45,639 bases of DNA from positions 1 to 45,639 of the forward strand of contig JAUVYH010000003.1 in assembly GCA_030603165.1 (NCBI GenBank), read 5' to 3'. Positions 32,589 to 39,707 of the stretch are shown piece by piece. This DNA comes from Fidelibacterota bacterium. GTDB taxonomy: Bacteria > Fidelibacterota > UBA2242. Each line of letters opens with the position of its first letter. Within the stretch, counting starts at the first letter, position 1. A program made the translations under genes and the position numbers. The notes beneath the pieces were generated by a model. That model made no database searches. It saw only the letters and a program-made list of their open reading frames with translations, and was not told the DNA's origin.

Positions 32589-33809
32589 TTAATGAAATAC
32601 TCTATTAAATCTGCGCTTATTCTCAACATTCCAATCGACATTTTTTGTTAATTTTGCAGATATAAATGCAGTGACTTTCTCCGATCTGTCCTCGATCGCA
32701 TCGTACTGCCAGTTGGATTCCGGGTGCCAGAAATCGCTGCTCGTCATTGATTTAATTGTCTTCAGAACAGAAGCCAGACAATGTGGATCGTAACCAGCCC
32801 GGTAAGCATAAATGACGCCCATCATATCGGCTTCGTATTCATATTCATTCTGACGGCGGGCAGTTGCCGCTTCGAACATTTGAAACGCAAGATCATCCAG
32901 CTCTTTATCGCTAAACCCTTCAGGCATATCTTCCTCTAATTCGTCAAATGCATCCTCGGCAACAATTTGTGTTTTGCGTTTAGTCACCTCGGAATAGCCA
33001 TGCTGCTGAACCACGTGGGAAATCTCATGCCCTATCACACAAGCAAGTTCCGCCTCACTTTGCAGGACATTAAGCAAGCCCAGTGAGACGAAGATCATTC
33101 CGTTTGGTGTAGCGTAGGCAGTAGGACGTTCATCGGAAAGAATATAGAATTTAAAAGGATAGTAGTAGAGCGGCGTGCTTTCCACTATAAGATTCCCGAC
33201 CATATTGATGTACCGCAGTTTCTTAATATCCGTCTCAAGTCCGCCGGTTGCAATTTGTCCCGCCACGGCAAAACCCATTTTTTCAAGATAGGAGTTGATT
33301 TCGGGTTCTTTATTCTCAATTTTTATTTGTCTGTATCGTTTCCTTATTTTTTTCATGTTTCGATTTCTGTAAGTCTCTTGCCGGAAATTTTCATACTCCC
33401 GGGACTGAAAGAACACCTTATCATATTGATCCAAAAAAGTCAAACTTCCATCATGTTTTTTAAAATAGGTCTGGGCAAATCCTTTTACTGCGCCGCTGGC
33501 GGACGCCCTTGATATCATACTTGGCTGACCTGACGGAAAACTCGTATTTGATATACTGCCGGATTTTCTATCCTGTTGAGATAATGCGTTATTCGAAATC
33601 CAGCCTTCCTGCCCGCTAACCCGGATTTTCGCCCATCCCGAAGTCTCTTTTAAAATTGTCACTATCGCATCTTTCACTAATATTCCGAGAAGCGGATAAT
33701 AACTGCCGGGACCTTTGCGGAGATGGGTATTGTCCTGGTAAATAGTAGCCTCTTGTTGTGCCAGAATCATCATCGACATTAAAAGGATTATTACTACAAA
33801 TCGTTTCAT
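32589..33809 (-). CDS. SH3b-domain peptidase M48 family protein
   Basis: Signal peptide; LRKGPG...W.KI....EGWIS SH3b; AYATPNG, HEISH, EYEAD and AGYDP motifs. Confidence 0.88.
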   Translation of the reverse strand: MKRFVVIILLMSMMILAQQEATIYQDNTHLRKGPGSYYPLLGILVKDAIVTILKETSGWAKIRVSGQEGWISNNALSQQDRKSGSISNTSFPSGQPSMISRASASGAVKGFAQTYFKKHDGSLTFLDQYDKVFFQSREYENFRQETYRNRNMKKIRKRYRQIKIENKEPEINSYLEKMGFAVAGQIATGGLETDIKKLRYINMVGNLIVESTPLYYYPFKFYILSDERPTAYATPNGMIFVSLGLLNVLQSEAELACVIGHEISHVVQQHGYSEVTKRKTQIVAEDAFDELEEDMPEGFSDKELDDLAFQMFEAATARRQNEYEYEADMMGVIYAYRAGYDPHCLASVLKTIKSMTSSDFWHPESNWQYDAIEDRSEKVTAFISAKLTKNVDWNVENKRRFNRVFH

Positions 33810-33832
33810 CTTTCACCTCAAATTTTATTAAA

Positions 33833-35992
33833 TCATTTCACAGTTATATTAAAAATACCTTTTTCATCGATCAGCTCCGGATTCTTAAGCAATTGCCGGC
33901 AGCGTTCAATAAAAACCTGCGCAACGGAATCATCCGGCTGCATGCTAAACACTTTTGAAAAGCTTTCAGCGGCGTCTGTATATTTTTTCCGGCGGTACAT
34001 CTCTAATGCTTCGTTGTGTATAGACAATAATTCCATAGTTTCGTTGTCAACATCGCTTCTCTCGGCAATAACCGTGAATATCTTCAGCGGTTTATCTCTT
34101 CCCTTGACCCGGATATAATCAATTTCCCGGCACACAATAATATCTTTCACAAAATCATAAGTGCTTTCAGAAATTATATTTTGAGTGCCGTACAATTTAT
34201 TGACGCCCTCCAGCCTTGCGGACAGGTTGACCGTATCGCCAATCGCCGTGTAATCCATCCTGTTCCGCGAACCTATATTGCCCACGATCAAATTCCCGCT
34301 ATTTACTCCCACGCGGGTTATCAACGGCACCTTTTTGCCGGCTTTTTCAACACTCATCTTCGATAGCGCTTTAAAGTCCAGCACCGCCCGGCAGGTTTGC
34401 AAGGCGTGTTCTTTTGATTCAACCGGAGCGCCGAAGATAGCCATAATTCCGTCACCGGTATATTTATCGAGCATTCCGTTATTTTTGAATATTATCGTTT
34501 CAACTCGCTCAAAGTAATCGTTAAGAAACTGGACGATTTCATGGGGAGCGAATAACTCCGAAGTGCCTGTGAAATCCTGCAAATCGGTAAACAGTACGGT
34601 CGCTTCAATTTCCATACCGCCCATTTCAATCTCACCGGAATTCCGCGTTAAATTATCGACAACTGCCGGATGTAAGTATCTGTTAAACACCTTTTTCACC
34701 AACGCTTTCTCCCTGCCCTCGGCGAGATAGTTAACCACCAGAACACCGATAACGGATACTATCAGGGCAATTTCAGAACGAACTGCCGGGAAAAAAGTCA
34801 ACCGGTATTGAAAAAGAAATACAGCGCAAATCAGTGGAACAAGGAACATAATTAACGAAGCAATTGAGGCTTGCCACACCTTAAAATTCTGCCAGATCAC
34901 GCATAACAGAACCAGAATCAGAAATGCGGCAAGAAGCCATAAGCCATCTCCAAAATGAGAAATATAGTCATCCCGAATAATATTGGAAAAAAGGGTGGCA
35001 TAAATTTCAACGCCCGGATAGGGTTCAACGGAGCTGAAAGGCGTTGTTTTCAAATCTAAAAGTCCGGCGGCTGTCGCTCCGATAAACACAGCTTTGTCTT
35101 TAAATGTCTCAACCGAAATTTGCGGTTTTTCACCATTTATCCACTGCAAATAGGAATTGATCAACTGGGCATAGGAAATATAGGTAAACGTATTCCCGGG
35201 TCCGCCCGCTCCATACCAGTAAAGTTCAAACATGCCATTTTTATCAACCGGAATAGAATGATCTCCAATATCAAACGCCTGCTTTTCCTGATCATAAGCG
35301 ATATCACTATCACCGGTATAAAGCATTGCCGCCGCCAGCGCCATGTACGGAATTATTCTGTTTTGATAGCTGTACAACAGTGGAATACGGCGACAAACGC
35401 CATCGTCATCGGTGAAAAAATTCACTGCGCCGGGAATTGCCATCCCTTTTTGAAATTGGTGTATCGGTAATGTCAGATTTGGATAGCGCCTGACTAATTG
35501 TTCCGGTCCGGTGAATTGTGCCTCAATTGAGAATTGATCTACTAATGGTTCAAGAGTGTTATGAGTGGAATCCTCCATCTGGGTAGCAAGAATGACACGC
35601 CCGGAGTGCAACATTGCCTCTGAAAACTGCGCATCGGCATAAGCTGCCTGAACATTCAACCGGTCAATATCAGGCGATGAAAAGATAATGTCATAGGCAA
35701 TTAATTTCGCTCCGCAATGCGATAAATAATCAGTGGTAATCGCATAAACATCGCGGGGCCAGGGCCACAGTATTCCAGAATTTTCCTGAAAATAATCCAG
35801 ACTGTTCTGGTCAATTGCAATGATAACAACCTCGTCGGGATGCTGCTCCGGATTAACATTACGATAAAGCAGATCCTGTCCCTGTTTTTCCCATCTGTCG
35901 ATAAGCGCAAACCGCGAACCTAACAGCGCCAACCCGGCAGAAACACCGGCAATTAAAAGCGAGATCAGGCACTTTTGAGTAATACGATTCAT
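33833..35992 (-). CDS. CHASE2-domain class III adenylate/guanylate cyclase with C-terminal TPR
   Basis: WPWPR, DDDGVCRR and YPGVE CHASE2 motifs; three TM helices; LFTDLQDFT, DKYTGDGIMA and DYTAIGDTVNLSARLE (Lys/Asp pair typical of ATP specificity). Confidence 0.93.
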   Translation of the reverse strand: MNRITQKCLISLLIAGVSAGLALLGSRFALIDRWEKQGQDLLYRNVNPEQHPDEVVIIAIDQNSLDYFQENSGILWPWPRDVYAITTDYLSHCGAKLIAYDIIFSSPDIDRLNVQAAYADAQFSEAMLHSGRVILATQMEDSTHNTLEPLVDQFSIEAQFTGPEQLVRRYPNLTLPIHQFQKGMAIPGAVNFFTDDDGVCRRIPLLYSYQNRIIPYMALAAAMLYTGDSDIAYDQEKQAFDIGDHSIPVDKNGMFELYWYGAGGPGNTFTYISYAQLINSYLQWINGEKPQISVETFKDKAVFIGATAAGLLDLKTTPFSSVEPYPGVEIYATLFSNIIRDDYISHFGDGLWLLAAFLILVLLCVIWQNFKVWQASIASLIMFLVPLICAVFLFQYRLTFFPAVRSEIALIVSVIGVLVVNYLAEGREKALVKKVFNRYLHPAVVDNLTRNSGEIEMGGMEIEATVLFTDLQDFTGTSELFAPHEIVQFLNDYFERVETIIFKNNGMLDKYTGDGIMAIFGAPVESKEHALQTCRAVLDFKALSKMSVEKAGKKVPLITRVGVNSGNLIVGNIGSRNRMDYTAIGDTVNLSARLEGVNKLYGTQNIISESTYDFVKDIIVCREIDYIRVKGRDKPLKIFTVIAERSDVDNETMELLSIHNEALEMYRRKKYTDAAESFSKVFSMQPDDSVAQVFIERCRQLLKNPELIDEKGIFNITVK

Positions 35993-36021
35993 AGATATGT
36001 TTTCCGATACATTATGAAGAC

Positions 36022-36071
36022 CTATTCAAGCGCTTCTCATTCAAGATTTCAATCCCATTTATCAAAATTGG
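36022..36071 (-). pseudogene. Degenerate duplicate of the transglutaminase gene 3' end
   Basis: Translates NFDKWD*NLE*EALE* versus YFDKWDWNLEWEVIQ; 36038-36063 matches 37238-37263 at 25/26 nt. Confidence 0.8.
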
Positions 36072-36112
36072 CAATAGTTCACCACTGATTTTCACGGAGT
36101 TACACTGAATTA

Positions 36113-36442
36113 TCAAAATATTCTTCTCATTATTTCATCCCGACTCGTCGGGACAGCACCAAAATTAAACAATAACCCTACTCTTAATCGTGTTGTTTTT
36201 CCCATAGAAATCACTACGTGATAAGTAATTAATTGTGCTTCATCCTGATTTGTTATCTTTTTCATGGCTTTGTTTTCTACAAGAATTCTCTTTTCAACAA
36301 GAAGATCATCTCGAAATTTTCGATCAAACACAACATTTTTATAATGAACATCTAATTCTAACTGTCTTTGGTAAGATATACCCATTAAATCAAGCTCGTA
36401 ACACAAGGCATCTTCATTCACCCCGTGTAATAGATTGTTCAT
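36113..36442 (-). pseudogene. GxxExxY family (PD-(D/E)XK-like) protein, degenerate
   Basis: EDALCYEL...RQ..L.V.YK...DLLVE..ILVENKA...AQL...GLLFNFG; N-terminal GxxExxY motif missing; two internal palindromic insertions. Confidence 0.8.
36200..36221 (-). mobile_element. 22-nt double-hairpin micro-insertion inside the GxxExxY CDS
   Basis: Minus strand tcac-gta-gtga tttc-tat-ggga between att-aat-tac-tta (INYL) and aaa-aca-aca (KTT). Confidence 0.7.
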
Positions 36443-36591
36443 TAATCGTCTTATTATCTTCTTTTTTATTTATTACACGGGGTGAATATTGCAACTTGAT
36501 CATTTTATCTCTTTTCTGTGATATTCCGTGTCCTTCAGTGGTGAACTATTATCAAAATTGGAATTTGACAACCGCACGAAACAAAAGTCAA

Positions 36592-36867
36592 TTAACGATA
36601 AATATTATTGTGAGCGCCAATATCAATTAGGGTAATTTCTTTTTTCTCTATTTGCAAGATTAGCGTTATTCTATATTTATATGTAAGTCGAATGGCAGAT
36701 AAACCTTTGAATTTTCCTTTAAGCGAATGTAATTGTAGAGAAGGATGTAATGGATCCTTAATTAATATCTCAATAATTTTTTCAAATTGAGACCTCAGAT
36801 CAGGATGACGTTTGATAAATTTATTAGCAGTCTTTAAAAATTGATCCGGTACAACTAAAGTGAACAT
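36592..36867 (-). CDS. Type II toxin, RelE/ParE superfamily (YafQ-like mRNA interferase)
   Basis: 91 aa; DPLHPSLQLHSLKG...YRI...LIDIGAH pattern; overlaps the upstream antitoxin. Confidence 0.85.
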   Translation of the reverse strand: MFTLVVPDQFLKTANKFIKRHPDLRSQFEKIIEILIKDPLHPSLQLHSLKGKFKGLSAIRLTYKYRITLILQIEKKEITLIDIGAHNNIYR

Positions 36868-37145
36868 TGGTTTTCTGGATAGTTTTCAATGGTGTTCATA
36901 AAATCTGAGACTGAGCCAAATCGCTTAACTTTTTTATTCTTAATATCCTCCAAAGCTGATTGTATTCGAAGGAGATACGAATTTTCTTGTTCTCTGATTA
37001 ACTCATCGTAAGTAGGTTCATCTAAAATAACATATTGTGGTCGGTTATTCTTAATGATGTGAACTGCTCCCTTTTTTAGTTCTTCATCAACGGCGCTAAT
37101 GCCTTTTCGTTTGATCTCTTGTGCTGGAATAGTATTCATTTTCAC
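36855..37145 (-). CDS. Phd/YefM-family antitoxin
   Basis: IPAQEIKRKG...VHIIKNNRPQYVIL....Y pattern; directly upstream of the toxin. Confidence 0.85.
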   Translation of the reverse strand: MKMNTIPAQEIKRKGISAVDEELKKGAVHIIKNNRPQYVILDEPTYDELIREQENSYLLRIQSALEDIKNKKVKRFGSVSDFMNTIENYPENQCSL

Positions 37146-37209
37146 ACCTTTTTTAGTACTTAATAGAGTATAACTTATATTTTTCTTATAATCAAGAGTT
37201 TTTAGTTTC

Positions 37210-38709
37210 TTATCTTGCGAAAGGTTGAATTACCTCCCATTCAAGATTCCAATCCCATTTATCGAAATAGAGATTTGCTTCTTTCCACTCTACTTCGCCG
37301 CGCTGGGAATCAATAGTTTCGGACCGGACATGTCTCTTTTCAGGTTCAAATTTCACACTGTAATCATCATTGAATATCAGGCGGTAGCTGTCCATTCCGG
37401 ATAAATAAAACCATATTAGTTTTTCATCCGTCGTTTTTCGCAAACCATAAGTCACATCCATCGGAACCCAGCCATAAGGTTCAAAATAGATTTCGCTCCA
37501 GTCATGCATGCTGTCTTTCGGCGGTTGAAATTCCCAACCGGACTGCCATTTTGTTGGAATTCCATTCAAACGGCAAAGCGTCATAAAGGTCAATGTCTGC
37601 ATCCCGCAATCACCATGTCGGTTTTCAATAACATAATGAGGAATGCTGAAAAAGGTTGAGTACTCACGGGCAGAAGCCCAGGTAATATTCGTATCTACCC
37701 ACGCAAATAATTTCTGAGCAATACGATAGGGATTTTTTTCATCACCGATGATGGATTTGGAAAGTTCCTTCAATTGGGGTGTAAATTCAATATGGCGCCC
37801 TCTTTCGCAAAGATAAGGTTTTAAATTTTCATCCTGAGGCGTTGGCAATACCTTATCCGGGTCGATAGGCACATAAACTCCATGAGACAGATACGTATAT
37901 TCCACGAAAAATTCAGTTGGTTCATCACACTTCACCGGTTTCTCAAAATAGATTGTCCGTTGCAGATTCCTGTTATCGGCAAGCTGATACACATCGGGCT
38001 CGGTTCTTAATATTCGGATGTCGGTTTGCCGGTTCTCGATTTCCCTTGGGAAAGGAATCCAGCAGCGCAGAATCTCACCTTCGGGAACGACATTTTTATC
38101 AACAATTAAACTCTGTTTAATCCGCAATTTAACCGGGTGAACATATTTTTTACCACTTTTCACTGCTGCTGTGATGATGTCTTTGATATGATTATCCAGT
38201 GGAAATTCTTTCTTTTTTGAATCATCACCTTTTTGCGTATCTACCTTTTCCTTAATGATTTTCAACTCTTTATTCAGACGAAAGAGATTATATTGCGCAT
38301 TATTAAAATACCGTTTTTGTCCATCGATGATTTGATATTCCAGAGACTTTTCTGCTTCCCATCTTCTTAAATTTTCTAGGGTTACATCAGGAACATATTG
38401 CTTGACGTATTCAATTACTTTTTCTTCGGTAAGTGTAAAATCCATTTCAATCCGGTCCATGCGGACAAGATTAAAATTTAAACCAGCCCGTAAACTTTCC
38501 GACATATCTTGATTCATGCTCAAATCTTCCATAATTAAACGACGCGCTTCTTTGAATTCACCATTTTTTATTAACTCATTATATGATGGCTTATGGGAAC
38601 ATTGAAAGAGACCGGCAATAAGTCCCAGCAACAGAATCACTTTGATCAATATTGCAGCCTGTTTCATAATAAACATCTCCCTGGTAATATTTGTAGCTAT
38701 ATCTTGCAT
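37210..38709 (-). CDS. Transglutaminase-like domain lipoprotein
   Basis: GDC...HDWSEIY...GWVPMD catalytic triad; lipobox-like GLFQC; true start probably MKQAA at 38667. Confidence 0.88.
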   Translation of the reverse strand: MQDIATNITREMFIMKQAAILIKVILLLGLIAGLFQCSHKPSYNELIKNGEFKEARRLIMEDLSMNQDMSESLRAGLNFNLVRMDRIEMDFTLTEEKVIEYVKQYVPDVTLENLRRWEAEKSLEYQIIDGQKRYFNNAQYNLFRLNKELKIIKEKVDTQKGDDSKKKEFPLDNHIKDIITAAVKSGKKYVHPVKLRIKQSLIVDKNVVPEGEILRCWIPFPREIENRQTDIRILRTEPDVYQLADNRNLQRTIYFEKPVKCDEPTEFFVEYTYLSHGVYVPIDPDKVLPTPQDENLKPYLCERGRHIEFTPQLKELSKSIIGDEKNPYRIAQKLFAWVDTNITWASAREYSTFFSIPHYVIENRHGDCGMQTLTFMTLCRLNGIPTKWQSGWEFQPPKDSMHDWSEIYFEPYGWVPMDVTYGLRKTTDEKLIWFYLSGMDSYRLIFNDDYSVKFEPEKRHVRSETIDSQRGEVEWKEANLYFDKWDWNLEWEVIQPFAR

Positions 38710-38771
38710 CTGTAATAGGATTAATTTACCATTTTTTCAGTAAAATGAAATGCGTATTTATTGAATCGACC

Positions 38772-38882
38772 TAACCTTCGGAAGGTTTTTTGTTCGCTCC
38801 GGTATATCTAAAATTAGCGTAAAAAATAAAAAAGATTAACCCCCGGATTTATCCGGGGGGGGGTAAAGGCTCGCACTATGTT
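38772..38882 (-). repeat. Partial four-hairpin element plus AACCTTC REP
   Basis: Reverse-complement match to 6390-6440 and 6745-6785. Confidence 0.85.
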
Positions 38883-38892
38883 GCCAACGGGA

Positions 38893-38958
38893 AGACCTGT
38901 CAGGTTTAACAGATTCTTCTACTTCAGATAGGCGTAAGCGATTAAACCTGACAGGTCT
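38893..38958. repeat. REP doublet with 17-bp inverted arms
   Basis: agacctgtcaggtttaa ... ttaaacctgacaggtct. Confidence 0.85.
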
Positions 38959-39136
38959 AAGTCCCGCACTGAAAAACCTTGAGTTAAGTTCTTTTCATAA
39001 ATTCATGTCAGAATTAAAAACTTCTAATAAGAACTTGACTTAAGTTAGAAGTAGAATAGAAACCAATTTGGCTTCGCTGAAAATTGGTTTCATCTTTTAT
39101 TCTCTTACTCGGCAGCCGTTACACTCTTGTGGGATA

Positions 39137-39338
39137 TTGCTTTAGACCAGGGCGCCCCCATGTTGTCATCCTGAGGGAAGCGAAGCGACGAAGGATCGCT
39201 TTTAGACCAGAGCTCCCCTGTATTGTCATTCTGAGGGAGGAACGACCGCTTCAAAGAAGTCCCTGGTGGGAAAGAATTGCTTTAGACCAAGGCGCCAGTC
39301 CAACCCGATTCTTCTTCACTTCGTTCATCAGAATGACA
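39137..39338. repeat. TGTCATTCTGA...TCAGAATGACA palindromic repeat with a tandemly duplicated left arm
   Basis: tgtcatcctga at 39164, tgtcattctga at 39224, tcagaatgaca at 39328-39338; gcttt(t)agacca three times. Confidence 0.8.
39249..39271 (+). mobile_element. 23-nt double-hairpin micro-insertion
   Basis: cttc-aaa-gaag tccc-tggt-ggga between gaccg|aagaat; absent from the sister repeat unit (gacg-aaggat). Confidence 0.75.
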
Positions 39339-39345
39339 GCTTTTA

Positions 39346-39526
39346 TTCCGGCACATCTAAAATCAGCACGAAGAAGAGTAAAAATTAACACCCGGTTTTA
39401 ACCGGGGGGATGAAGGTTGCACACCACGTTTCCGACTTTAGTCGGTAAGTTACCCGAATGAATTCGGGGGTTTGTTGTTAGTGCTCACAGTACCCACCCA
39501 ATTAATTGGGTGGTTAATGTTTGCTT
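39346..39526 (-). repeat. Four-hairpin non-autonomous element, full copy
   Basis: Reverse-complement match to 6483-6656; near-identical to 31441-31609. Confidence 0.9.
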
Positions 39527-39707
39527 TGGCGAGATGAATTATTTCGTGTAATTTGCCTGTCCTGTAGGGAAGAATGACCATACAGGGTGAAATTCGTGGT
39601 TTACTTTCAAAAAAACATGCTTTGAACATTCGTCTGTCTGGCATAGCTTTTGTCACTTCAAATGCCGGTTTATTGAATACTATTATTAAAATCATTGAGA
39701 GAAAGAC

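Larger units (their letters stand above)
36073..36550. mobile_element. GxxExxY cassette bounded by inverted repeats and an 11-13 bp direct repeat
   Basis: aatagttcaccactga (36073-36088) and tcagtggtgaactatt (36535-36550); ttatcaaaattgg at 36059-36071 and 36549-36561. Confidence 0.75.

Noticed and set aside
5430-35992. c-di-AMP, c-di-GMP and cAMP synthases forming one signalling system
   Set aside because: They sit in separate transcription units; folP-cdaA is ordinary synteny, so co-occurrence is probably incidental.
26046-39000. Integrative island or prophage anchored at tRNA-Leu
   Set aside because: No integrase or phage genes, and no distal copy of the tRNA 3' end; the duplicate is a 5' half lying upstream.
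39137-39300. Three spaced gcttt(t)agacca repeats resembling a mini CRISPR array
   Set aside because: The intervening sequences are homologous to each other, the repeats are short and degenerate, and no cas genes are present; this is a tandem duplication of a palindromic repeat arm.
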